From: Eledone cirrhosa
Taxonomy: Eukaryota
DNA length: 64,000 bases
Assembly: GCA_964016885.1 (NCBI GenBank)
Contig: OZ024743.1
Coordinates: 84,506,001-84,570,000, forward strand
Direction: 5' to 3'
The notes below the pieces were generated by a model that saw nothing but the letters and a program-made list of their open reading frames with translations, was not told the origin of the DNA and searched no databases. The position numbers were made by a program, and so were the translations under genes. Position 1 is the stretch's first letter, and each line of letters opens with the position of its first letter. This document shows positions 25,101-39,510 of this stretch, piece after piece.

Positions 25101-28100
25101 TATGTCCATACCACTACCACCTACCTCTACAGTAGCTACTACCATTATATGTCCATACCACCACCACCTACCTCTACTGTAGCTACTACCATCACGTCCA
25201 TACCACTACCACCTACCTCTACTGTAGCTACTATCATTATATGTCCATACCACTACCACCTACCTCTACTGTAGCTACTACCATCACATCCATACCACTA
25301 CCACCTACCTCTACTGTAGCTACTACCATTATATGTCCATACCACCACCACCTACCTCTACTGTAGCTACTACCATTATATGTCCATACCACCAGCACCT
25401 ACCTCTACTGTAGCTACTACCATCACATCCATACCACCACCACCTACCTCTACTGTAGCTACCATTATATGTCCATACCACCACCACTTACCTCTACTGT
25501 AGCTACTACCATTATATGTCCATACCACTACCACCTACCTCTACTGTAGCTACTACCATTATATGTCCATACCACTACCACCTACCTCTACTGTAGCTAC
25601 TACCATCACGTCCATACCACTACCACCTACCTCTACTGTAGCTACTACCATCACGTCCATACCACTACCACCTACCTCTACTGTAGCTACTACCATTATA
25701 TGTCCATACCACCACCACCTACCTCTACTGTAGCTACTACCATTATATGTCCATACCACCAGCACCTACCTCTACTGTAGCTACTACCATCACATCCATA
25801 CCACCACCACCTACCTCTACTGTAGCTACCATTATATGTCCATACCACCACCACTTACCTCTACTGTAGCTACTACCATTATATGTCCATACCACTACCA
25901 CCTACCTCTACTGTAGCTACTACCATTATATGTCCATACCACCACCACCTACCTCTACTGTAGCTACTACCATCACATCCATACCACTACCACCTACCTC
26001 TACTGTAGCTACTACCATTATATGTCCATACCACCACCACCTACCTCTACTGTAGCTACCATTATATGTCCATACCACCACCACCTACCTCTACTGTAGC
26101 TACTACCATTATATGTCCATACCACTACCACCTACCTCTACTGTAGCTACTACCATCACATCCATACCACTACCACCTACCTCTACTGTAGCTACTACCA
26201 TTATATGTCCATACCACCACCACCTACCTCTACTGTAGCTACTACCATCACATCCATACCACTACCACCTACCTCTACTGTAGCTACTACCATTATATGT
26301 CCATACCACCACCACCTACCTCTACTGTAGCTACCATTATATGTCCATACCACCACCACCTACCTCTACTGTAGCTACTACCATTATATGTCCATACCAC
26401 TACCACCTACCTCTACTGTAGCTACTACCATCACATCCATACCACCACCACCTACCTCTACTGTAGCTACTACCATTATATGTCCATACCACCACCACCT
26501 ACCTCTACTGTAGCTACTACCATTATATGTCCATACCACTACCACCTACCTCTACTGTAGCTACTACCATTATATGTCAATATCACTACCACCTACCTCT
26601 ACTGTAGCTACTACCATTATATGTCCATACCACTACCACCTACCTCTACTGTAGCTACTACCATTATATGTCCATACAACTACCACCCCCTCTACTGTAG
26701 CTACTACCATCACGTCCATACCACTACCACCTACCTCTACTGTAGCTACTACCATTATATGTCCATACCACTACCACCTACCTCTACTGTAGCTACTACC
26801 ATCACGTCCATACCACTACCACCTACCTCTACTGTAGCTACTACCATCACATCCATACCACTACCACCTACCTCTACTGTAGCTACTACCATTATATGTC
26901 CATACCACTACGACCTACATCTACTGTAGCTACTACCATCACATCCATACCACCACCACCTACCTCTACTGTAGCTACTACCATTATATGTCCATACCAC
27001 CACCACCTACCTCTACTGTAGCTACTACCATTACATGTCCATACCACTACCACCTACCTCTACTGTAGCTACTACCATCACGTCCATACCACTACCACCT
27101 ACCTCTACTGTAGCTACTACCATCACATCCATACCACTACCACCTACCTCTACTGTAGCTACTACCATTATATGTCCATACCACTACGACCTACATCTAC
27201 TGTAGCTACTACCATCACATCCATACCACCACCACCTACCTCTACTGTAGCTACTACCATTATATGTCCATACCACCACCACCTACCTCTACTGTAGCTA
27301 CCATTATATGTCCATACCACCACCACTTACCTCTACTGTAGCTACTACCATTATATGTCCATACCACCACCACCTACCTCTACTGTAGCTACTACCATTA
27401 CATGTCCATACCACTACCACCTACCTCTACTGTAGCTACTACCATCACATCCATACCACCACCACCTAGCTCTACTGTAGCTACTACCATTATATGCCCA
27501 TACCACCACCACCTACCTCTACTGTAGCTACCATGATATGTCCATACCACTACCACCTACCTCTACTGTAGCTACTACCATTATATGTCCATACCACCAC
27601 CACCTACCTCTACTGTAGCTACTACCATTATATGTCCATACCACCACCACCTACCTCTACTGTAGCTACTACCATTATATGTCCATACCACCACCACCTA
27701 CCTCTACTGTAGCTACTACCATCACATCCATACCACCACCACCTACCTCTACTGTAGCTACTACCATTATATGTCCATACCACTACCACCTACCTCTACT
27801 GTAGCTACTACCATTATATGTCCATACCACCAGCACCTACCTCTACTGTAGCTACTACCATCACATCCATACCACTACCACCTACCTCTACTGTAGCTAC
27901 TACCATTATATGTCCATACCACTACCACCTACCTCTACTGTAGCTACTACCATCATATCCATACCACCACCACCTACCTCTACTGTAGCTACTACCATTA
28001 TATGTCCATACCACCACCACCTACCTCTACTGTAGCTACTACCATTATATGTCCATACCACCACCACCTACCTCTACTGTAGCTACTACCATCACATCCA

Positions 28101-31100
28101 TACCACCACCACCTACCTCTACTGTAGCTACCATTATATGTCCATACCACCACCACTTACCTCTACTGTAGCTACTACCATTATATGTCCATACCACTAC
28201 CACCTACCTCTACTGTAGCTACTACCATCACGTCCTTACCACCAGCACCTACCTTTACTGTAGCTACTACCATCACATCCATACCACTACCACCTACCTC
28301 TACTGTAGCTACTACCATTATATGTCCATACCACTACCACCTACCTCTACTGTAGCTACTACCATTACATGTCCATACCACCACCACCTACCTCTACTGT
28401 AGCTACTACCATCACGTCCATACCACTACCACCTACCTCTACTGTAGCTACTACCATCACGTCCATACCACTACCACCTACCTCTACTGTAGCTACTACC
28501 ATTATATGTCCATACCACTACCACCTACCTCTACTGTAGCTACTACCATTATATGTCCATACCACCACCACCTACCTCTACTGTAGCTACTATCATTATA
28601 TGTCCATACCACTACCACCTACCTCTACTGTAGCTACTACCATTACATGTCCATACCACCACCACCTACCTCTACTGTAGCTACTACCATCACGTCCATA
28701 CCACCACCACCTACCTCTACTGTAGCTACTACCATTATATGTCCATACCACCACTACCTACCTCTACTGTAGCTACTACCATTATATGTCCATACCACTA
28801 CCACCTACCTCTACTGTAGCTACTACCATTATATGTCCATACCACTACCACCTACTTCTACTGTAGCTACTACCATTATATGTCCATACCACTACCACCT
28901 ACCTCTACTGTAGCTACTACCATTATATGTCCATACCACCACCACCTACCTCTACTGTAGCTACTACCATTATATGTCCATACCACCACCACCTACCTCT
29001 ACTGTAGCTACTACCATTATATGTCCATACCGCCACCACCTACCTCTACTGTAGCTACCATTATATGTCCATACCACCACCACCTACCTCTACTGTAGTT
29101 ACTACCATTATATGTCCATACCACCACCATCTACCTCTACTGTAGCTACTACCATTATATGTCCATACCACCACCACCTACCTCTACTGTAACTACCATT
29201 ATATGTCCATACCACCACCACCTACCTCTACTGTAGCTACCATGATATGTCCATACCACCACCACCTACCTCTACTGTAGCTACTACCATTATATGTCCA
29301 TACCACTACCACCTACCTCCACAGTAGCTACTACCATTATATGTCCATACCACCACCACCTACCTCTACTGTAGCTACTACCATCACGTCCATACCACTA
29401 CCACCTACCTCTACTGTAGCTACTATCATTATATGTCCATACCACTACCACCTACCTCTACTGTAGCTACTACCATCACATCCATACCACTACCACCTAC
29501 CTCTACTGTAGCTACTACCATTATATGTCCATACCACCAGCACCTACCTCTACTGTAGCTACTACCATCACATCCATACCACCACCACCTACCTCTACTG
29601 TAGCTACCATTATATGACCATACCACCACCACTTACCTCTACTGTAGCTACTACCATTATATGTCCATACCACTACCACCTACCTCTACTGTAGCTACTA
29701 CCATCACGTCCATACCACTACCACCTACCTCTACTGTAGCTACTACCATTATGTATCCATACCACTACCACCTACCTCTACTGTAGCTACTACCATCACA
29801 TCCATACCACTACCACCTACCTCTACTGTAGCTACTACCATTATATGTCCATACCACCCCCACCTACCTCTACTGTAGCTACTACCATTATATGTCCATA
29901 CCACTACCACCTACCTCTACTGTAGCTACTACTATCACGTCCATACCACTACCACCTACCTCTACTGTAGCTACTACCATTATATGTCCATACCACCACC
30001 ACCTGCCTCTACTGTAGCTACTACCATCACATCCATACCACTACCACCTACCTCTACTGTAGCTACTACCATTATATGTCCATACCACCACGACCTACCT
30101 CTGCTGTAGCTACTACCATTATATGTCCATACCACTACCACCTACCTCTACTGTAGCTACTACCATTATATGTCCATACCACTACCACCTACCTCTACTG
30201 TAGCTACTACCATTATATGTCCATACCAGTACCACCTACCTCTACTGTAGCTACTATCATCACGTCCATACCACTACCACCTACCTCTACTGTAGCTACT
30301 ACCATGACGTCCATACCACTACCACCTACCTCTACTGTAGCTACTACCATCACATCCATACCACCACCACCTACCTCTACTGTAGCTACTACCATTATAT
30401 GTCCATACCACTACCACCTACCTCTACTGTAGCTACTACCATTATATGTCCATACCACTACCACCTACTTCTACTGTAGCTACTACCATTATATGTCCAT
30501 ACCACCACCACCTACCTCTACTGTAGCTACTACCATTATATGTCCATACCACTACCACCTACTTCTACTGTAGCTACTACCATTATATGTCCATACCACC
30601 ACCACCTACCTCTACTGTAGCTACTACCATTATATGTCCATACCACTACCACCTACCTCTACTGTAGCTACTACCATTATATGTCCATACCACTACCACC
30701 TAACTCTACTGTAGCTACTACCATCACGTCCATACCACTACCACCTACCTCTACTGTAGCTACTACCATTATATGTCCATACCACTACCACCTACCTCTG
30801 CTGTAGCTACTACCATCACATCCATACCACTACCACCTACCTCTACTGTAGCTACTACCATCACGTCCATACCACCACCACCTACCTCTACTGTAGCTAC
30901 TACCATCACATCCATACCTCCAGCACCTACCTCTACTGTAGCTACTACCATCACATCCATACCACCACCACCTACCTCTACTGTAGCTACTACCATTATA
31001 TGTCCATACCACCACTACCTACCTCTACTGTAGCTACTACCATTATATGTCCATACCACTACCACCTACCTCTACTGTAGCTACTACCATTATATGTCCA

Positions 31101-34100
31101 TACCACTACCACCTACTTCTACTGTAGCTACTACCATTATATGTCCATACCACTACCACCTACCTCTACTGTAGCTACTACCATTATATGTCCATACCAC
31201 CACCACCTACCTCTACTGTAGCTACTACCATTATATGTCCATACCACCACCACCTACCTCTACTGTAGCTACTACCATTATATGTCCATACCGCCACCAC
31301 CTACCTCTACTGTAGCTACCATTATATGTCCATACCACCACCACCTACCTCTACTGTAGTTACTACCATTATATGTCCATACCACCACCACCTACCTCTA
31401 CTGTAGCTACCATTATATGTCCATACCACCACCACCTACCTCTACTGTAGCTACCATGATATGTCCATACCACCACCACCTACCTCTACTGTAGCTACTA
31501 CCATTATATGTCCATACCACTACCACCTACCTCTACAGTAGCTACTACCATTATATGTCCATACCACCACCACCTACCTCTACTGTAGCTACTACCATCA
31601 CGTCCATACCACTACCACCTACCTCTACTGTAGCTACTATCATTATATGTCCATACCACTACCACCTACCTCTACTGTAGCTACTACCATCACATCCATA
31701 CCACTACCACCTACCTCTACTGTAGCTACTACCATTATATGTCCATACCACCACCACCTACCTCTACTGTAGCTACTACCATTATATGTCCATACCACCA
31801 GCACCTACCTCTACTGTAGCTACTACCATCACATCCATACCACCACCACCTACCTCTACTGTAGCTACCATTATATGTCCATACCACCACCACTTACCTC
31901 TACTGTAGCTACTACCATTATATGTCCATACCACTACCACCTACCTCTACTGTAGCTACTACCATTATATGTCCATACCACTACCACCTACCTCTACTGT
32001 AGCTACTACCATCACGTCCATACCACTACCACCTACCTCTACTGTAGCTACTACCATCACGTCCATACCACTACCACCTACCTCTACTGTAGCTACTACC
32101 ATTATATGTCCATACCACCACCACCTACCTCTACTGTAGCTACTACCATTATATGTCCATACCACCAGCACCTACCTCTACTGTAGCTACTACCATCACA
32201 TCCATACCACCACCACCTACCTCTACTGTAGCTACCATTATATGTCCATACCACCACCACTTACCTCTACTGTAGCTACTACCATTATATGTCCATACCA
32301 CTACCACCTACCTCTACTGTAGCTACTACCATTATATGTCCATACCACCACCACCTACCTCTACTGTAGCTACTACCATCACATCCATACCACTACCACC
32401 TACCTCTACTGTAGCTACTACCATTATATGTCCATACCACCACCACCTACCTCTACTGTAGCTACCATTATATGTCCATACCACCACCACCTACCTCTAC
32501 TGTAGCTACTACCATTATATGTCCATACCACTACCACCTACCTCTACTGTAGCTACTACCATCACATCCATACCACTACCACCTACCTCTACTGTAGCTA
32601 CTACCATTATATGTCCATACCACCACCACCTACCTCTACTGTAGCTACTACCATCACATCCATACCACTACCACCTACCTCTACTGTAGCTACTACCATT
32701 ATATGTCCATACCACCACCACCTACCTCTACTGTAGCTACCATTATATGTCCATACCACCACCACCTACCTCTACTGTAGCTACTACCATTATATGTCCA
32801 TACCACTACCACCTACCTCTACTGTAGCTACTACCATCACATCCATACCACCACCACCTACCTCTACTGTAGCTACTACCATTATATGTCCATACCACCA
32901 CCACCTACCTCTACTGTAGCTACTACCATTATATGTCCATACCACTACCACCTACCTCTACTGTAGCTACTACCATTATATGTCAATATCACTACCACCT
33001 ACCTCTACTGTAGCTACTACCATTATATGTCCATACCACTACCACCTACCTCTACTGTAGCTACTACCATTATATGTCCATACAACTACCACCCCCTCTA
33101 CTGTAGCTACTACCATCACGTCCATACCACTACCACCTACCTCTACTGTAGCTACTACCATTATATGTCCATACCACTACCACCTACCTCTACTGTAGCT
33201 ACTACCATCACGTCCATACCACTACCACCTACCTCTACTGTAGCTACTACCATCACATCCATACCACTACCACCTACCTCTACTGTAGCTACTACCATTA
33301 TATGTCCATACCACTACGACCTACATCTACTGTAGCTACTACCATCACATCCATACCACCACCACCTACCTCTACTGTAGCTACTACCATTATATGTCCA
33401 TACCACCACCACCTACCTCTACTGTAGCTACTACCATTACATGTCCATACCACTACCACCTACCTCTACTGTAGCTACTACCATCACGTCCATACCACTA
33501 CCACCTACCTCTACTGTAGCTACTACCATCACATCCATACCACTACCACCTACCTCTACTGTAGCTACTACCATTATATGTCCATACCACTACGACCTAC
33601 ATCTACTGTAGCTACTACCATCACATCCATACCACCACCACCTACCTCTACTGTAGCTACTACCATTATATGTCCATACCACCACCACCTACCTCTACTG
33701 TAGCTACCATTATATGTCCATACCACCACCACTTACCTCTACTGTAGCTACTACCATTATATGTCCATACCACCACCACCTACCTCTACTGTAGCTACTA
33801 CCATTACATGTCCATACCACTACCACCTACCTCTACTGTAGCTACTACCATCACATCCATACCACCACCACCTAGCTCTACTGTAGCTACTACCATTATA
33901 TGCCCATACCACCACCACCTACCTCTACTGTAGCTACCATGATATGTCCATACCACTACCACCTACCTCTACTGTAGCTACTACCATTATATGTCCATAC
34001 CACCACCACCTACCTCTACTGTAGCTACTACCATTATATGTCCATACCACCACCACCTACCTCTACTGTAGCTACTACCATTATATGTCCATACCACCAC

Positions 34101-37100
34101 CACCTACCTCTACTGTAGCTACTACCATCACATCCATACCACCACCACCTACCTCTACTGTAGCTACTACCATTATATGTCCATACCACTACCACCTACC
34201 TCTACTGTAGCTACTACCATTATATGTCCATACCACCAGCACCTACCTCTACTGTAGCTACTACCATCACATCCATACCACTACCACCTACCTCTACTGT
34301 AGCTACTACCATTATATGTCCATACCACTACCACCTACCTCTACTGTAGCTACTACCATCATATCCATACCACCACCACCTACCTCTACTGTAGCTACTA
34401 CCATTATATGTCCATACCACCACCACCTACCTCTACTGTAGCTACTACCATTATATGTCCATACCACCACCACCTACCTCTACTGTAGCTACTACCATCA
34501 CATCCATACCACCACCACCTACCTCTACTGTAGCTACCATTATATGTCCATACCACCACCACTTACCTCTACTGTAGCTACTACCATTATATGTCCATAC
34601 CACTACCACCTACCTCTACTGTAGCTACTACCATCACGTCCTTACCACCAGCACCTACCTTTACTGTAGCTACTACCATCACATCCATACCACTACCACC
34701 TACCTCTACTGTAGCTACTACCATTATATGTCCATACCACTACCACCTACCTCTACTGTAGCTACTACCATTACATGTCCATACCACCACCACCTACCTC
34801 TACTGTAGCTACTACCATCACGTCCATACCACTACCACCTACCTCTACTGTAGCTACTACCATCACGTCCATACCACTACCACCTACCTCTACTGTAGCT
34901 ACTACCATTATATGTCCATACCACTACCACCTACCTCTACTGTAGCTACTACCATTATATGTCCATACCACCACCACCTACCTCTACTGTAGCTACTATC
35001 ATTATATGTCCATACCACTACCACCTACCTCTACTGTAGCTACTACCATTACATGTCCATACCACCACCACCTACCTCTACTGTAGCTACTACCATCACG
35101 TCCATACCACCACCACCTACCTCTACTGTAGCTACTACCATTATATGTCCATACCACCACTACCTACCTCTACTGTAGCTACTACCATTATATGTCCATA
35201 CCACTACCACCTACCTCTACTGTAGCTACTACCATTATATGTCCATACCACTACCACCTACTTCTACTGTAGCTACTACCATTATATGTCCATACCACTA
35301 CCACCTACCTCTACTGTAGCTACTACCATTATATGTCCATACCACCACCACCTACCTCTACTGTAGCTACTACCATTATATGTCCATACCACCACCACCT
35401 ACCTCTACTGTAGCTACTACCATTATATGTCCATACCGCCACCACCTACCTCTACTGTAGCTACCATTATATGTCCATACCACCACCACCTACCTCTACT
35501 GTAGTTACTACCATTATATGTCCATACCACCACCATCTACCTCTACTGTAGCTACTACCATTATATGTCCATACCACCACCACCTACCTCTACTGTAACT
35601 ACCATTATATGTCCATACCACCACCACCTACCTCTACTGTAGCTACCATGATATGTCCATACCACCACCACCTACCTCTACTGTAGCTACTACCATTATA
35701 TGTCCATACCACTACCACCTACCTCCACAGTAGCTACTACCATTATATGTCCATACCACCACCACCTACCTCTACTGTAGCTACTACCATCACGTCCATA
35801 CCACTACCACCTACCTCTACTGTAGCTACTATCATTATATGTCCATACCACTACCACCTACCTCTACTGTAGCTACTACCATCACATCCATACCACTACC
35901 ACCTACCTCTACTGTAGCTACTACCATTATATGTCCATACCACCAGCACCTACCTCTACTGTAGCTACTACCATCACATCCATACCACCACCACCTACCT
36001 CTACTGTAGCTACCATTATATGACCATACCACCACCACTTACCTCTACTGTAGCTACTACCATTATATGTCCATACCACTACCACCTACCTCTACTGTAG
36101 CTACTACCATCACGTCCATACCACTACCACCTACCTCTACTGTAGCTACTACCATTATGTATCCATACCACCACCACCTACCTCTACTGTAGCTACTACC
36201 ATTATATGTCCATACCACTACGACCTACATCTACTGTAGCTACTACCATCACATCCATACCACCACCACCTACCTCTACTGTAGCTACTACCATTATATG
36301 TCCATACCACCACCACCTACCTCTACTGTAGCTACTACCATTACATGTCCATACCACTACCACCTACCTCTACTGTAGCTACTACCATCACATCCATACC
36401 ACCACCACCTACCTCTACTGTAGCTACTACCATTATATGTCCATACCACCACCACCTACCTCTACTGTAGCTACTACCATTATATGTCCATACCACTACC
36501 ACATACCTCTACTGTAGCTACTACCATCACATCCATACCACCACCACCTACCTCTACTGTAGCTACCATTATATGTCCATACCACCACCACTTACCTCTA
36601 CTGTAGCTACTACCATTACATGTCCATACCACTACCACCTACCTCTACTGTAGCTACTACCATCACATCCATACCACCACCACCTACCTCTATTGTAGCT
36701 ACTACCATTATATGTCCATACCACCACCACCTACCTCTACTGTAGCTACTACCATTATATGTCCATACCACTACCACCTACCTCTACTGTAGCTACTACC
36801 ATCACATCCATACCACCACCACCTACCTCTACTGTAACTACCATTATATGTCCATACCACCACCACCTACCTCTACTGTAGCTACTACCATTACATGTCC
36901 ATACCACTACCACCTACCTCTACTGTAGCTACTACCATCACATCCATACCACCACCACCTACCTCTACTGTAGCTACTACCATTATATGTCCATACCACC
37001 ACCACCTACCTCTACTGTAGCTACTACCATTATATGTCCATACCACCACCACCTACCTCTACTGTAGCTACTACCATTATATGTCCATACCACCAGCACC

Positions 37101-38345
37101 TACCTCTACTGTAGCTACTACCATCACATCCATACCACCACCACCTACCTCTACTGTAGCTACCATTATATGTCCATACCACCACCACTTACCTCTACTG
37201 TAGCTACTACCATTATATGTCCATACCACCACCACCTACCTCTACTGTAGCTACCATTATATGTCCATACCACCACCACCTACCTCTACTGTAGCTATTA
37301 CCATTATATGTCCATACCACTACCACCTACCTCTACTGTAGCTACTACCATTATATGTCCATACCACCACCACCTACCTCTACTGTAGCTACTACCATTA
37401 TATGTCCATACCACCACCACCTACCTCTACTGTAGCTACTACCATTATATGTCCATACCACCAGCACCTACCTCTACTGTAGCTACTACCATTATATGTC
37501 CATACCACCACCACCTACCTCTACTGTAGCTACCATTATATGTCCATACCACCACCACTTACCTCTACTGTAGCTACTACCATCACATCCATACCACCAC
37601 CACCTACCTCTACTGTAGCTACCATTATATGTCCATACCACCACCACTTACCTCTACTGTAGCTACTACCATCACATCCATACCACTACCACCTACCTCT
37701 ACTGTAGCTACTACCATTATATGTCCATACCACTACCACCTACCTCTACTGTAGCTACTACCATCACATCCATACCACCACCACCTACCTCTACTGTAGC
37801 TACCATTATATGTCCATACCACCACCACTTACCTCTACTGTAGCTACTACCATCACATCCATACCACTACCACCTACCTCTACTGTAGCTACTACCATCA
37901 CATCCATACCACCACCACCTACCTCTACTGTAGCTACTACCATCACATCCATACCACCACCACCTACCTCTACTGTAGCTACTACCATTATATGTCCATA
38001 CCACCACCACCTACCTCTACTGTAGCTACTACCATCACATCCATACCACCACCACCTACCTCTACTGTAGCTACTACCATCACATCCATACCACCACCAC
38101 CTACCTCTACTGTAGCTACTACCATTATATGTCCATACCACCACCACCTACCTCTACTGTAGCTACTACCATCACATCCATACCACCACCACCTACCTCT
38201 ACTGTAGCTACCATTATATGTCCATACCACTACCACCTACCTCTACTGTAGCTACTACCATTATATGTCCATACCACCACCACCTACCTCTACTGTAGCT
38301 ACTACCATCACATCCATACCACTACCTCCTACCTTTACTGTATCT
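19175..38345. repeat. ~19.2-kb satellite array in MIB1 intron 1, about 415 units of 44/45/47 bp (count estimated from length)
   Basis: Consensus CCATTATATGTCCATACCAC[C/T]ACCACCTACCTCTACTGTAGCTACTA (47 bp); a 45-bp variant begins CCATCAC[A/G]TCC; a 44-bp variant lacks one CTA. Decays into related degenerate sequence to ~38620. Confidence 0.98.
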
Positions 38346-38804
38346 ACCATCCACAACTACCACATGACCATCCCACCACCATCTACCTTTATTGTAGTTG
38401 CCAACCACTATCACCACATTTCCATACCACCAACATCACCTATCTCTACTGTAGCTACATGTCCATACCAACACCATCACCTATCTCTACTATAGCTACC
38501 ACCACATCTCCCTACCACCCACCACTACTCTGGTTACCACATGTCCATACCACCACCATTACCTACCTCTACTACACCTACCACCCACCATTACCTACTT
38601 CTGCTCTAGCTACCTACTATCCACTTGATAGTGGAGGTGGGCTGAATATAGTAGTTGTGATGTTGGCATTATAAGTAATATGGTAGTAGCAGTTGTGATG
38701 ATGGTAATGTAATGACGTGATTGTATGAGTGGCAATGTGGTATAATAGGAGGAAGGGGGAGGGAGAGGAGCCAGACAAGTCCTCCCCCTCTCTCTAGATC
38801 ATAT

Positions 38805-38855
<51 letters not shown>

Positions 38856-39354
38856 CGTATATATATATATGTATATATGTATATATTAGATGTAGGTGGA
38901 AAGTTTAATCATAACAAAAGAAGTGTGGGAAGATTAGGAGAGGTCAACTAGTTATAACCAGTCACAGCTGACAAACTAGAAATATTTCCTATATGACTAT
39001 GAATAATTCCATACAATTCAATATTTGTTTTGATTTTGTTATAGTTTTTGTTTTGTTTTAACCCTTTGTTTCTACTATGTTCTATTAGTTCCTGCTTAAT
39101 ATTAGGTCCTTAAGTATGAAATGTCCTATTTCCTTAAGCACTTTGAATTAGAAATCGGACATTTCATACTTAATGACCTGATACAACCAATGAAGTTTTC
39201 AGAAGGAATCATTCACCAACTTTTTAGTTGATTTTTAGTCATTTAACCCTTTTTATACCAAATCGACAGAAAACTTCCTGGATTTATCATACAAAAGTGC
39301 TCATTTTAAAATGTTTCTTCTTATATTAAAAACTTCCCTATCAAATAATTATAT

Positions 39355-39510
39355 TTTTTCAGCCTGTGGCATTCGAGAAGTTTAGTGGAGTTTGGCTAAT
39401 GATAGCAAAGTTCTTACAATCATTAATGGCTCACCTTACTGAGGTGCCAGGTGATGCCCGTGAGGGTATCTGGTTGTTTCAGTGCCTTAGCCTTGCCATC
39501 ATGCTGCAAG
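39355..39510 (+). mobile_element. Second, more decayed CRE-like RLE fragment
   Basis: TTTTCAGCCTGTGGCATTCGAG..CAGGTGATGCCCGTGAGGGTATCTGGTTGTTTCAGTGCCTTAGCCTTGC aligns by eye to 57587-57730. Confidence 0.65.

Noticed and set aside
19175-38345. CRISPR-like array or mucin-like coding repeat (PPTSTVATTITSI ORFs)
   Set aside because: No unique spacers or cas genes, and the context is a eukaryotic intron. The 47- and 44-bp units break the frame constantly, so the ORFs are by-products of runs of 45-bp units.
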